Shown: in pieces, positions 25,300 to 39,000 of the stretch
How the letters are laid out: every line of letters starts with the position of its first letter
How positions within the stretch are numbered: position 1 is the stretch's first letter
Assembly: GCF_964213995.1 (NCBI RefSeq)
Contig: NC_135815.1
Location: 71,858,001-71,922,000, forward strand
Source: Mustelus asterias
Lineage: Eukaryota
Direction of reading: 5' to 3'
DNA: 64,000 nt
Notes under the pieces: model-generated
What the model saw: only the letters and a program-made list of their open reading frames with translations
Told to the model about the DNA's origin: nothing
Databases searched by the model: none
Program-made: the position numbers and the translations under genes

Positions 25300-25730
25300 A
25301 CACTATCATTTTTACTGACTGGAATATCTTCTGCCTTCTCCCTCAATCCTCCAGCTTCCCTGTCGGTTTACTAATGGAGATCTACTGTCCCCTATCTGCC
25401 TATGTGATGTATTATAGCCAGAATCTGCTAGTATCACTGCTTCCCGCACCCAGAAAAGCCTCCGATCTTCCAGGTGTGACCTAATCGCAATTGGGATGCT
25501 GTTTTGTAATTTTTCCAGTGTTATCAGCTCCTTCACATTTTTAAAAGTTTGTTCTAACATCAATGATTGAAACCACCAATGAAACAACATTTCTTTCTCC
25601 CGATCAAATTCTACAAACATTTCTTGTGCTCTTTTCTTCAAAGTCCAAACTTCAGCTGATATTGCTTGTAAGCACTTTGCAAAATGAGAGTCTCTGGGGC
25701 GCAATCTCACGACCTCATCATTTTAAACTG
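25300..25730 (-). mobile_element. Gypsy (Gmr1-like) gag remnant with SCAN-like domain
   Basis: ORF 25312..25710 FVEFDREKEMLFHWW..TFKNVKELITLEKLQNSIP.AIRSHLED..REAVILAD. Confidence 0.6.
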
Positions 25731-25812
25731 GAACAAATAAATCATTTGACGTTGTTATTATGTGCACCGAACAAATTTTTAAGCCACCTATGCAACGTTT
25801 TATATCACGCAG

Positions 25813-25942
25813 AAGATGCTCAATCTCGACAATTCCAAGACAAACTTCTACAACTGGAAACAGAAATTGAACGTTTCAAAGCAGAAAATACATCATTAGC
25901 CAAACTGAAGGAGAAACAAGAGTTGGCGATGGAAAATCTCAG
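25813..25942 (+). CDS. CENPJ: CENPJ-like coiled-coil exon, 130 bp, phase 1 to 2
   Basis: cgcag|AAGAT...CTCAG|gtacat; (E)DAQSRQFQDKLLQLETEIERFKAENTSLAKLKEKQELAMENL(R). Confidence 0.9.
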
Positions 25943-27352
25943 GTACATCTCGAAGTTTATGATCATGTTCTGTTTAGCAGTACCTGTGTTAATATAGCTT
26001 GGTAAGCAGATTCCACTCCATGCTTCATGAGGTGAAATGACCATTAACAGCAAAGAAAAGCCTGGCTGGTTGAGCACTGATTGTCGCATCACCATTCCCC
26101 ACCCTCCACCCCTCTGGCTAATGCCCTGATTATGCCCATAATGACACAAGGCCCTGCCACTGCTACTTAAATGTGGTGACCCCACCCCAACCACAAATAT
26201 CCTTAGGGACCTGAATGGAGATCACCAGCACTTGTTGCACTCTCAGAGTTGGTCCATGTGAATAAACAAGCACAAAACGCTGGGAAAAAATATTGCTGAA
26301 TAATTTGTCATGCTGTGTGATTCCAACCTGCTGTATGTGCTTTTCATCATGAGGTTGCAGATCATGGATGCACCTTATTATATGTTCCCTCAGTTGAGGG
26401 AGTAACACTGGTTCAAACTCATACCTGCATGATGCCTAAATCACATAGACCTGTATCAATGGCAGGAATATTTAGTACTGAAGTCGCTGTAAGCTCTACA
26501 TTCTGAGGTGGCCCCCACAGTCACTGGTGCAGAATTACACAATGGAACGGGATTTCACCTGATGCATGTGCAAACTGACTGCAGCTGTACTGTTCTGTCG
26601 GTGCTACTGGTGGAAAGTTCTCCTTTTTGATGTCCATAGGTCTGAATGACTACAGAGTGGTGAATGTCTATACGGCACCTCTCAAGCTCATGTGTAAGGA
26701 GGCATGGGCTGCAGAGAGTGAATATGTGTGTTCAAGTGATGTACAAATATGGTACCAGGACATTCGACCCCATATGGTGACAGTGGGTCAGACAAATCAG
26801 TGCCCACCCTGCCATGTAATTCAGAGAGTGGCTTGCTGATGCTCAATTAATGAGATTCAAAGTGTGCAATTGGGCTTAAGACCCACCCCGCCGCCCAGTG
26901 AGAACTCCATCACCTCTCTGCCCACCACGCCACATAGTCTCCAGAAAGGAAAATTCCGCCCATTGTATCATCCTGCCCTGTTTGATTGACTGGGGAACCT
27001 GGAGGCAGCTTGCTAATGCCATGGCTCAGTTCAAAGACCTCAGCAAAGTCCAATGAGTTCAATGGGTTCCAGGCCCATTAATAGTCCTGCTGTTTTGGCG
27101 GGGTTGGTGGAGCAGGCATGCAGCAGTCCTGGTCCTTCGCAAAATGGGGCATGGTGACATCGGGAAGGCGTCCTGATGTCATTGCAACTCCTCACGAAAT
27201 CTTGGTCGGCAGGCACGGATGGAAGTCAGTAGCTTCTTGGGTGTTGTAATTGCTGTATTCTCCACCATGTCTGGTTGTGTTTAGGTTTATTCATTCACTC
27301 ATTTTTGTTTGGCAAATAGACTTTTACTCAAACCAAAATGTTTCCACCTGCA

Positions 27353-27720
27353 AACATAGAAACATAGAAACTAGAAGCAGGAGTAGGCCATTCAGCCCTT
27401 CGCTCCATCATTCATTTTGATTATGGCCGATCATCAAATTCAATATCCTGACCCCGCCTTCTCCCCCATATCCCTTGATCCCTTTCGCCCCAAGAGCAAT
27501 ATCTAATTTCTTCTTGAAATCGGACAATGTTTTGCCCTCAACTACATTCTGTGATAGTGAATTCCACACATTCACCACCCTCTGGGTGAAGAATTTTCTT
27601 CTCACCTCAGTCCTAAATGTTTACCCTTCATCCTCAAACTATGACCCTTAGTTCTGGACTCCCCCATCATCGGGAACATTCTTTCTGAATCTATCCTGTC
27701 CAATACTGTTAGAATTTCAA
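27353..27720 (-). mobile_element. CR1 3' fragment
   Basis: FFTQRVVNVWNSL; tail aaacatagaaacatagaaa. Confidence 0.75.
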
Positions 27721-28633
27721 GTCAATTGTCAGTAGTTTGCAGAGCAGACAGTTTTTAAAATAAATAGCGAATTAAAATTTAATGATACAGCTTTTCAAAA
27801 ACATTTGGGAGATCTAGGAGATTCCTGCTGAGTATTTCCCTCATAATATTTGTGGACTTCTTTATTTCAATGCTGTTGCACCAGCTATGATGCCATGATC
27901 CATTAATTACTTGTCAATTATTTCTTTATTACATGCTCAATTATTTCTATTGGCTTCATGGCTTCACCAATACAGCAAACAAGAATACTCACATTTATAA
28001 AGCTCGTTTCTTGACCTCAGGACATCCCCAAGTGCTTTAAATCCATTTCAGTAATGTTCTATAAACAGCAATGTGATAATAATCAAATAGCTTGTTTTTT
28101 AGTTATGGTAACTGAGGGATACATTTTAATCAGGACACTATCTCCTTCAAAATGGTGCCATTACTAATTTTTTGTCCTCTGAAGAGAGAAGACAAGCCTC
28201 AGTTTAATGAAAGACTGCATTTCCAATAGTGCATCATTTCTCAGTACGAAATATTGTGCTCAGTTTCCCAGAGTGCAGAGGATGAGAACCATATCATAGT
28301 AATGTGACTAGTGCCATAGGTGAGATGCATTGATGCCAAAAGATCTCTGATACTGCCCACAATAAGTTGCTGAAGTTTTGGACAGCAGGCAGAGAACTGT
28401 GTGGTCAAAGCTCCAGTTTCTTTCTCATTTTTGGGAGTTACGCTCTTCCAAGCCACTGTTTCTGCTATTATGGCATTGAGGTCATTAACTTGCAATTACG
28501 GGTGAGTTTAAATGTTGTTTTGCACCCAATTTGGGATCAGGAAGTTTGGAAGAAGATTGGCCCCAGGATTTAAAACCCCTTAAACTGTAAAGTATAACTG
28601 GCATATGTGAATCTGTCACTTTGTTGTTGCTAG

Positions 28634-28796
28634 AAAACGGATGGATCAGTTTGAACATGAGAAGACTGAAGAAATAGCTCGATTGGATGAGTACAAGAAG
28701 GAAGAAATTAAGAAAATGCAGAAAGCAAAGAGATTGTCTGAAAAAAACTCTGCAACCAAAGCTACAATTGATAAGAAAGAGCATGAAGAGATGGGG
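28634..28796 (+). CDS. CENPJ: CENPJ-like coiled-coil exon, 163 bp, phase 2 to 0
   Basis: ttgctag|AAAACGG...ATGGGG|gtaaga; KRMDQFEHEKTEEIARLDEYKKEEIKKMQK...DKKEHEEMG. Confidence 0.9.
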
Positions 28797-29043
28797 GTAA
28801 GACAGGATCTTGGCAAAATACAATTATTAGTCAGTTAGCTCAGTTGGCTAAGTGGCTAGTGTGAGGACCAAATTCATAAGATTTGATCCCCATTCCTGCT
28901 AGTTAGACTTGTGGCCTGCTTCCTCATCCTACCTGTCATAAGAAATTATAGCAATTGGCTGTTGTTCAACGGATAGTCTGCCTTTGGATAGGAGGCTTGA
29001 GAAGAACTAAAAGGATCTCAGGGATGAAATTCATCTTGGGGAG

Positions 29044-29920
29044 TGTTAGGGACCAGATCAGAAACTCCAAGGTATAATGAAGTTAGACTAGACCCCAACT
29101 ACTTTTGATTTTGGCATTAGTACGAGCATAAGGTGTTTCACTTCAGGTGTGATTTACTAAAACAAGTTTTTATTAAAACAAACTTTATTTAACCATACAG
29201 TTTAATGATAACAAAAAAGAATTAACATAACTTTTACCAATTAAAACATTTATACATAACAAGGTATAATTCCTAATAGCTAGCTAACCCTATTAGTTCC
29301 AATTTAAGCAATATTCCCCATGGATGTAAAACCCTCTTCAGAATCAGTTAGCTAAACACATAGGCTTACGTGAGTTACTAGCCCTCCATCCTTTTAACAC
29401 CTCTGGACAGAGATACAGAAAGACACCTTTCCCCTGACTCACAGACAGCAGCATCCAGAGAAAGACCTGTCTTCAAACAGCAGAACTCCAGAGAAAGAGA
29501 GAGGGAGAAAAAACCTTTTACCTTTTGCAGACCTCTAGATAGAGATGCCTATTTTCTGGCAGGTCCCAGACTTCAATTTCCAGAGACAGAGAAAGACCCG
29601 CTGCTCTGTTCAAATTCAAACAGCAACTGCCTGCTTGTCTCTCTGTAAGCCCAGCTCCATCCATCAACATGATTTTTTCCTGTCAATCAACCTAATTAAA
29701 CCCTACTCTGAAACCTCAGGGGATAACCCTAAAAGTAACAAAACTGCTTTAACTCAGATTAAAATAAACACCCCAATAATTAGGAGCAATTATTCTTCTG
29801 CATTCTCAGCATGTGGGCTGCTGGTTGTAGACAATCGGCACCGTAAACAAAGCTAAAAGTATAAAACACGCACAAGAAACATTACACAAATACACTTCTT
29901 AAAGGCATAGTATCGTCACA
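29044..29920 (-). mobile_element. Putative solo LTR (877 bp)
   Basis: TGTTA...TCACA termini; flanks gggag/gggaa; AATAAA on the - strand; non-coding. Confidence 0.5.
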
Positions 29921-30603
29921 GGGAAGTAGTATGAAAAGGACAACAGTGAATTGCCAACCTGTTTCACACTCAGCCCAATTTTCATTTGCATTATGGAAAA
30001 AATAGATGTCAATTTGTTATTGTTCAAGATGAATTTCCTTGTCCCCTTCCACTGACTTAGATACTCATTAATCATGCAGAACCCATACATGTCCACATTA
30101 ACCATCAGAGGCATAATGAGAACCACATTTTTCACATATAGCTGGACTATACATATTGGTGAAAAGTACTGATATTGTTGAACATTATCATGTATTGGTT
30201 GATACAAATGTTGAAATCTCATAGAAACATACAAATTGCTATTGAGATTTATGTCTGCTAACTCAGCCAATGAGCCTTCATCTGGTTGGATCAAAGGACA
30301 GTTGTTTTTAACCCTAGTTGGGGGCTTAAATTTGTACCAGCACCCTAATAGTGTTGCATACTGTTTAGGAAAGTTATTTTCAGGTGTTTAGTTTAATTTA
30401 CATATTCCAGAAGCAGCATTTTTTAAAAATCATATGACAGAATATTATATTTCCTGAGTGTTTTAGTTCAGATGTCTTTAAACAAAGGTGTTACATTCTT
30501 ATCAAGCTTGCATTCTCATTATATATTCCATCTGCATTGTCTGACATGCAGATGTAGATCTCTTTATAATTTTGTCAATATTTTCTCAATTGTATTTTAC
30601 TAT

Positions 30604-30958
30604 AGGGGGCTGGATAGGGTGGAGGCGGAGAGATTCTTTCCACTTAGTAAGGAAGTTAAAACTAGAGGACACAGCCTCAAAATAAAGGGGGGTCGGTTTA
30701 AGACAGAGTTGAGGAGGAACTTCTTCTCCCAGAGGGTGGTGAATCTCTGGAATTCTCTGCCCACTGAGGTGGTGGAGGCTACCTCGCTGAATATGTTTAA
30801 AGCGCGGATGGATGGATTCCTGATCGGTAAGGGAATTAAGGGTTATGGGGATCAGGCGGGTAAGTGGTACTGATCCACGTCAGATCAGCCATGATCTTAT
30901 TGAATGGCGGGGCAGGCTCGAGGGGCTAGATGGCCTACTCCTGCTCCTATTTCTTATA
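30604..30958 (+). mobile_element. CR1 3' fragment
   Basis: RGLDRVEAERFFP..TRGHSLK..FFSQRVVNLWNSLP; CR1 3' UTR. Confidence 0.8.
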
Positions 30959-31825
30959 GCATTGGTGATACACACTTCTGTGAAGAACTGAGAAACACTG
31001 ATATTAATTGAAGCCTTTGTTTAAAAGTTCTTCAATTATCCATAATTTCAAGCTCACTTTTTAAGAGCAAACATTGAACATATGTACTGCAATATTTCGT
31101 GGAGTCAGGCAAGCTTTTTAAGGACTCGATGTTCACAGCCTCTCAGAGATGTCATGCACCATAGTCTGGAAGAGGAAAGCTTTTGAAAGACAATTTCCCC
31201 CTTGTCTAGAAATCCATTGTTCTGTTGAAACAACTGAACCCCAGGGAAAACATTTGCTTAATTGACAGCTCTTTCTCTCTGACCCATTCTGTCATTTGTA
31301 CAATGTTTATTTACACATGATAAAGAGGCACCAAGTGCTTGAGGTTCTTTTTAAAGCTTCTTCACACATGCTACTGTTACTGTAAGATTCAGTGATTCTG
31401 TATAGAAGGTATATGAGGTAAATGGGCATGAAAGTGCCATAGGTTGACATAGAAGATACAGAGGGTCATGGGGGGAGAGGGTGGAGGGACATCAGGTGGC
31501 AAGAGTTGGACTGAAAGCCATGGGGAGTGTGTGGAGCTAGAGGGCTGTTTTCAGTTTTATGATATGATTGTAGTTCCAGAGCACCGAGGTTGGCCTTCTA
31601 AACAACCTGCGCTGACACCCAGTAGCTCATGTGGCTGCCTCTGACCTCTTCCATGGGCAGCAGGTCCAAATCCAGTTACCACTCTACCGCCCACTCCCCC
31701 CAACACACACACACACACACACAACTCTTCAGGCATTTTATCCCGAGTTGAACCCACCAAATCTGAAATTTCCCGACTCTCCTGCTCACCTTGACGATGA
31801 AACTCCAGCCCTGTTTGCTTTGTGT

Positions 31826-32076
31826 AGGAGGTCTTGTGTGGTACGGTGGGTAGCATTCCTGTCTCTGAGCCAGCTGCTCCGGGTTCGAGTCCCACCCCAG
31901 GACTTGATGGCCTGGGAGGATGCATTCATAGCGAGGCCAAACAGGTTAAATGTTAACCTGTAAATCCTTGCAAACATGCCAATGGCTGGTGGTGAGAACA
32001 GAGGAGACTCCTGGCCAACCATGCTTGATGTGGAGTGGCGCCCCTCAAGCTATAAGCCTCTTTCGACTGCCTAGCA
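31826..32076 (+). mobile_element. tRNA-derived SINE of another family
   Basis: gtggtacggtgggtagc..ccgggttcgagtcccacc resemble Pol III A/B boxes. Confidence 0.55.
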
Positions 32077-32215
32077 ATCTGTTCCAGGAATAACTAACTA
32101 TGGAAACAGATGAAGTCAGCCTGAGTGCACTACTAGATTGGGGAAGAGAACTGGGAATATTTACTTGGTGCTCATTATTCATGGTGGTTGTTCTCTTCCT
32201 CCCTAATGTTATTAG

Positions 32216-32431
32216 ATCTTGAAGCAACAGCTTGGCAAGCTCCAGGAAGACTTCAGAAAAAATGAGTCTCGGTGGTCTCACGCCCACAGCTGCCTTCGAA
32301 ACCAGATTGACACGTTGACGAAGGAAAACGTTGAGCTGCGTGATGAATTGAAAGCCGTAGAATGCCATCAACAAGAGCCTGTGAAAAAAACTGAGGCTGC
32401 CACCCTTATCAGCAAGAAATTTGAAACACCA
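32216..32431 (+). CDS. CENPJ: CENPJ-like coiled-coil exon, 216 bp, phase 0 to 0
   Basis: ttattag|ATCTTG...ACACCA|gtatga; ILKQQLGKLQEDFRKNESRWSHAHSCLRNQIDTLTKENVELRDELKAVE... Confidence 0.88.
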
Positions 32432-33136
32432 GTATGAATTTTACTATGACTAAATATTGCTCATCGATTGAGCAAGCATTGATTGCTCATGTTGATAGAA
32501 GTTACAGCTATGTCTCAAAGTTACAGACTGAACCATAATCAGAATTGTTCAGCATAATGGATTTATTTCATTTAAGAAAAAAAAACTTTCATAACCTCAG
32601 GACATTTCCAATTAAATATTTTTAAGATGTAGTCAGTGTTGTGAGAAACATGGCAAGCAATTAGCACACAGCAAGATCCCACAAACTGCGATAAGTCGAC
32701 AACCTGATAATTAGCCTTAGGTGCTGGTTGAAGCCTAAGTATTGGCCAGGGCATGGGAGACCACCCCTGCTCCTTTTTGAATAGTGCTATGAGATCCTTT
32801 GTATTTACCTAAGAGACAAGGGCAGGGGTTCTTCCAAAAGAAAAACTAAGTGCCCAGCAGGTGGGAAAACGGGAGATTTTCCCACCCGTTTTTTGGACGC
32901 ACCTACCTGAATGAATCTCCGACACTCTATGCATCACAGAGTGCCTTAGAGAGATTCACGCCAGAAAGTGGGGGGAGGGTGGGGGGGAGGGGGGGGCTAT
33001 CCCCGCCAGGGACGTTGGCAGCATAGTGCTGAGCGGACCACTACCTTCCCCGATCTCTGGCCTCCCGATTGCCTCCCCCCCCCGCCCCCTCCATCCCCCA
33101 TTATCGGCTTCCCAATCGCTGGCCTTCTGATATCTT

Positions 33137-33440
33137 AGTAAGAGTTTTAACAACACCAGGTTAAAGTCCAACAGGTTTATTTGGTAGCAAATGCCATTAG
33201 CTTTCGGAGCGCTGCTCCTTCGTCAGATGGAGTGGAAATCTGCTCTCAAACAGGGCACAGAGACACAAAATCAAGTTACAGAATACTGATTAGAATGCGA
33301 ATCCCTACAGCCAACCAGATCTTAAAACCAACCAGATCCGAAAGCTAATGGTATTTGCTACCAAATAAACCTGTTGGACTTTAACCTGGTGTTGTTAAAA
33401 CTCTTACTGTGTTCACCCCAGTCCAACGCTGGCATCTCCA
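33137..33440. mobile_element. Penelope-derived mini-element (family B) with inverted ends
   Basis: Inverted arms agtaagagttttaacaacaccagg...; 13-bp flanking duplication cttc(t/c)gatatctt at 33124-33136 and 33441-33453. Confidence 0.78.
33194..33230 (-). ncRNA. Minimal type I hammerhead ribozyme motif
   Basis: ccau-CUGACGA-a-ggagc agc gcucc-GAAA-gc-UA-augg; canonical core, stem I ccau/augg. Confidence 0.75.
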
Positions 33441-35803
33441 CTTCCGATATCTTCCCAGCATCCCCCCCCCCGCCTCCTTCGCAATCACTGGCCTCCCCTT
33501 CTCGATCACTGGCTTCCTGACCCCGCTCCCCTCCTGCCGATTGCTGGCCTTCCCGACACCCCCGATCACTGGCTGACCAGAATCCCCCTTGGCCAGCCCC
33601 GATCTTCCCCGTCATGGCCAGCCCTGGCACTGCCCAAGGGGCATCCCCCTTGCCCCCCGACCTCCTGGGGGGGGGCGCTCAATGGCCTCTGCCCCCACCA
33701 GTGAGGTGAGTATGTCTGTTTCCTGTTGGTCGGGAGTAGTTGTAAACCCCACTAATGGGAACCTCTCCTAGTGGGGCGGGGGGAGATGCTAGCGGGCCTG
33801 GAGAATACTGACCCGGGCCCACTAATCATACGGAAATAGCTAGTTCCATATGGTAATCAGCTCTGCGCCAGTTTCTTTCTCTGTTATGTAGTTATTTGGC
33901 TTCTCCTTAAAGGAATCTATGCTGTTCGCCTCCACAGCTCCCTGTCATAGCGAGTTCTAAATTCTAACTACTCCCTATTGAATTGACTACTGACGATCAT
34001 ACAATTATGGCTCCCAGTTATGGTCCCACCCTTCTCAATGTCTACCTGATCAAACTGTTTCTCAATCATGCCACCCATCAGCCTCTTCTTTTCACCAACT
34101 GTTCAAACATTTTTGACAGCTATTATTCAAGTAATTTTTTTGCACCATCTCCAGTGCCTCTGAATCCTTTTTATCATATGGAGGCCAGAAATGTTCACAG
34201 CACTCCCAAGTTTGGCCTTATCAAGATTTATACAATTTTAACATAATGGCTGGGATTTTCCACTCCTGATTTTCTCAGGCAGGTTTGGTGACAGGAGTGG
34301 AGAATCTCGCAAGAACCCTGGGGGCGATTTTCCCAAAAATATCAACGTGTTTATCGGGCGGGAAAACGTGAGGTTTGTCTGCCCGCTTTTTGAGCGAACT
34401 GGGTTTCATGAATTTATGGCACTCAGTGGAATACAGAGTGTCCAGGGGGCGACTGGGCATACGCCAGTCTCCCAGTATACAAGGAGATTAATTGACATGC
34501 CTCCCCCCACCCCCCCGATCGCTGGCATCCCGATCGTCAGCACCAACCCCACCCACATTGCCAGCCTCCCAATGGCTGGCACCAATTCCCAATAACTTAC
34601 CCTGATCTCCGATCGCTGGCCCCACCACAAGCCTCCACTCCCCCATGCAGAGTCCTCCTTTCCCTCCCCTCCTACCTCCCCCACCTGGCTCCGCCTTCAT
34701 CTGACCCCATCCCGCCATGAGACCACACACTCTTGGCACTGCCCGATGCCCCATGGACACTGCTAGGGATCCTGGTGGGCAGTGCCAGGGTGCCAGGCTG
34801 TCAGTTGAGTTACAGCTGAACGGTCTCTGCTGCAACAGGGTAATGATCACTGATATGTCTTTCCATTAGCCTTGCCCTTGTCAATTTCGCACTTCCACGA
34901 GTCACTCCCCCAGATTTGAGTAGAACTGTCAGTCCGTGATGAATGCCCACCACCCACTGCACTGCCCTGTTTTCCCTTTTCTCTGTAAGGCCTTTCTAAG
35001 AAGCCTGTGGCTCAGCAGCAGAAGGCAACCTCAAGAACGGTACTTTTCACACTTGACATTTAACCTCCTACTCTCCTGGCCAGTTTCTCATTCAGCTTTG
35101 GAAGAGCATTCTGATTCATTCTGATGTTGGGTCATTGACCTGAAATGTTAAATCTGTTTCTCCACAAATGTTCTCTGACATCCTGAACATTTGCTACTTT
35201 TTCTGTTTTTATTTCAGATTTCCAGCATCTGCAGTATATTACCTTTGTATTGATGGAATGGAATAGGGCAGTGGTAGGGCAGGGGTGGTGTAATGTGTTG
35301 ACATTATCTATTTCAGATAAATATGCCCTGTCTCTTGGATTACTCTTGGAAGTGCAGATACAATGCAAAGTGATTGGAGACTCAGAGACATGCAGTGGAG
35401 TGCATTGTTGAGAAAGACTATCCCTATTGTGTTACATTCAACTTTTACCCACAACATTTCAACTCTTGCAAAAGCATTTGAATTCTCTTCCTGAAGCTTG
35501 GGAACACTTCTTGCATTTTTCTCATGCTCTCCATGTGGAGAATCAGTTGACCCAGCAAGATTGGGAACATCAATGCAGGGAATCATTCACTCAAATTGTG
35601 TCTTAGTATTGCTTGCCCTAAGATTTGAGAGCACAAATGAAACGTGTTGTCACATTGCCCCTGCATGAATTGTGCTTAACCCTTGAATAACCAAATACTT
35701 GTTTACATAATCCACGCTGAGTAAAAATGTGTTTCTTGGTTTAAGTAATGTTTTGTGGTGCCATGTTGTTATAGTAACAGATATCACCTTCAATAATCTC
35801 CAG

Positions 35804-35932
35804 GTATCAGATGCCATTATTAAAGGTACATCACAAACAGCCTCGTGTAGACATAGGAGTCGTAGTTCAACTCCAACTGGAAGAAGAATGCCGACTGAAA
35901 GAGGACAGACCCCCGTGAATTCTGAGCTAAAG
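35804..35932 (+). CDS. Host exon, RSRSxTP repeat module 1, 129 bp, phase 0 to 0
   Basis: ctccag|GTATCA...CTAAAG|gtgcca (weak donor); VSDAIIKGTSQTASCRHRSRSSTPTGRRMPTERGQTPVNSELK. Confidence 0.72.
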
Positions 35933-37372
35933 GTGCCACATATTTATTTTGAATCTATTTCTGTCATCATTACTGTAATTATTCAGTAAATAAGTGGTCG
36001 AATTTTATGCTTCCTTGTTGGTGAGTTTGTAGGTAGGAGGTGAACCTAAAATTCCCCGGATAGGCTTCCAGCTGGGTTCCCACCTACCCTGACCTCGCTG
36101 CAATTTTACTCTGGACAGGCGAGGCCTCAGCAAACCGACCCACCCTTGTCCGATTTGAGGTCCTTAAGTGGCCAATTATTGACCACTTAGCCGTTTCCCG
36201 TTCAGCCTCAATTCTTGGACTGGTGGGAGGAGTTCCAAGGCATGGGGGAAGCCCAGAAATAAATCAGGTTTCAGGCGGGAAGGGGGTTACCACCATCAAC
36301 AGCCCCCTTTTAACATTGGCTACTGACACCCTCTCCCCAAGTTAAGGTCTGGACCTCCTTACCCCCCCCCCCCCCCCCCCCCCAACCACCCAGCCTCTCC
36401 GCTGACATCCCAATCCTCTTCTGCCCAGCCCACCAGGCTTCCCTCAGACCCCCAAAATTTACCTGTTCCTGGAATCCTAGGACGTTGGCTCGGAGGACTG
36501 ATTACAGTCTCAGTCCTGTCCACTGCAACTTCTAGCACTGCACAGAGAGCTGCTGGCTAATCAGATTGACCTACACCTCTCTAAGGGGGGACCTTCTCCC
36601 AATTGAGGGGCAAAAGTCTCACCTCTAGCCAATTAATGTTCATCAGAGCATGACATCGCAGTGGGCATGTGGGATGTGTTCCCTACCAGCTCTTCAGATG
36701 GCGGGAAGGGAAACCCCACCATCCTAAAACCCCTGGCCATGGTGAATTCAAGTCAATACATTACTTGAGCTGCTGCTGCTACTATGATAATTCTGCAGCT
36801 AAATGCTGCTAAAATCTTCCGATTATACCTGTGGTGAACAGTAACAATTGTTTGCCTGGCATCTGGCTGGAAGGGCTTCTTTCACATTCACTCTGATCTC
36901 TGGGAGAGATCCTGGGAAGTTGTGCATTGTGGAAGTTGTCCCAGATGACGAATAGTAGTAGCTGACGTTTTTGTTGAACTGACAAAACAATTGAAAATAA
37001 TTTTATTTTGTATTAAAGTTAAAATACACTTATTGGGTCAAATTTTTAAACAACCATGGAGGGGGCAGAAGCACGGACAGGCCCACAATTTCCAGCCGTG
37101 GGTCATTGTGCCGTCCCACCTCCAGACAAAATCCCATCCAGGAAAATCAGGGACATCTGATGGCCACCCACCCCCAATTCTATTCGTCAATTAAAGGGCC
37201 TAATGTGGCCAATCTCCACACGCTGTTGAAAATTCAGGGTATCAGAGTCAATTAACGGTTTAACCCCTTATTCTGAAGTTCCAAAATAAATTAAGCTGAT
37301 AACCGTTTTGCCCTCAGTTGAAATGCAATGTCCATGTAAAACTACTCCCTGGTCGAGCTCCAGGTACCATCA

Positions 37373-37704
37373 TCATAGAAATCATAGAAACCCTACAGTG
37401 CAGAAGGAGGCCATTCGGCCCATCGAGTCTGCACCGACCACAATCCCACCCAGGCCCTACCCCCACATATTTACCCGCTAATCTACGCATCTCAGGACTC
37501 TAAGGGGCAATTTTTCACCTGGCCAATAAACCTAACCCGCACATCTTTGGATTGTGGGAGGAAACCGGAGCACCCGGAGAAAACCCACGCAGACACGAGG
37601 AGAATATGCAAACTCCACACAGACAGTGACCCGAGCCGGGAATCGAACCCGGGACCCTGGAGCTGTGAAGCAGCAGTGCTAACCACTGTGCTACCGTGCC
37701 GCCC
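37373..37704 (-). mobile_element. HE1-type V-SINE
   Basis: Close reverse complement of 61872-62204. Confidence 0.85.
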
Positions 37705-38779
37705 CGGTCATGTCAGTCAAAGTGAGATATAATACCTCTACAAATATGTACTTGGAAAAGCTTTTCTTATACTTTCCTTACATAGAAAAGCTTATGGAAA
37801 TTAGTCAACTCAATTATAGAAAGTGTCATTGAAAAGTACTAAGAAGCAACACTTACACAGCTATAACCTGCATACCAATGCCCAGTTTGGGTTTCACCAG
37901 AGCCATTTGACTGCTGACCTCATTGCAGCCTTGATCCAAACATGGACAAAAGAGCTGAACTCAAGAGGGAAGGTGAAAATGCTGCCCTTGACATCAAAGC
38001 AGCATTTGACCAACTATGACATAAAATAGCTCCAACAAAATTGAAGTCAATGCAGCGGAACACTCTCATCCTGTGGAGTCATACCCACCACAAAGAGAGA
38101 TGGTTATGGCTGTTGGAGGCCAGTCATTTCATCCCTCCAGGAGTTCCTTGGTCCAACCATCTTTAACTGCTTCAGCAATGGCCTTCCCTTCATCAAAAGG
38201 TCAGAAATAGGGATATTTGCTGATGATTGCACATGATTAAGCACTATTCACACCTCATAATTTGAGGCAGTCTGTATCCCCTTACAGCAAGATCTGCACA
38301 ACATTCAGGCTTAGGCTGCTATAAGTGGCAAGTAACATTTGCACCACAGAAGGGCCAAACATTGACCATCTTCAATGAGAGAGAATCTAACCATTTTCCT
38401 ATGGCATTCAATTACCATCAGTGAATCCCCTAAAGATCGATAGATAGATGACTAGTAACAGTTTTTAATTCTAACCTGATTATTCTATAGTCTGTTTCTC
38501 TTTTGAATCAGTCTTTGTTAGGTTAAAATGTTGTCTCACTCTGCTGGCTACATTAACCATTTCATGTTGTGTTGTCTCAACCTTTCATGTTGTAAGGATG
38601 GGAAGCTTAGGCAATTTTTGGAGGACAGCCAATTTTCTGCTTGATCGTTCATTCAATGATTCAAGTTCAGTTCTTTACACATGAGAAGCGTGTCAATGTG
38701 CACTGATCTGGAGTTTCCTTAGCTAAATTTCCCATTTCTATCTATTAGAAAATTGGAAGATTAGTCTACCTTACCGTTA

Positions 38780-39000
38780 TGTGGTCCACCTCTGGCTCTT
38801 GCTTCACCTTCCTGGACGATTCCATCTATATCTCTGCCAATGAGCCGTCCATAGACATGTACAATAAATCCGTAGATTGCCATAATTCCCTTAGTTGTGT
38901 TGTTCTTCCTCGCATTTCATTCTTTCAGTTTCTCTGTCCCTGCAGTATCCATTCTGATGACTCCACATTCTCAACTCGAACTTTGGAATGATCTAAATTT
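38780..39000 (+). mobile_element. Old Penelope-type RT fragment
   Basis: FLDDSIYIS..IDMYNKSVDCHNSL..ISFFQFL resembles the Penelope RT C-terminal region. Confidence 0.5.
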
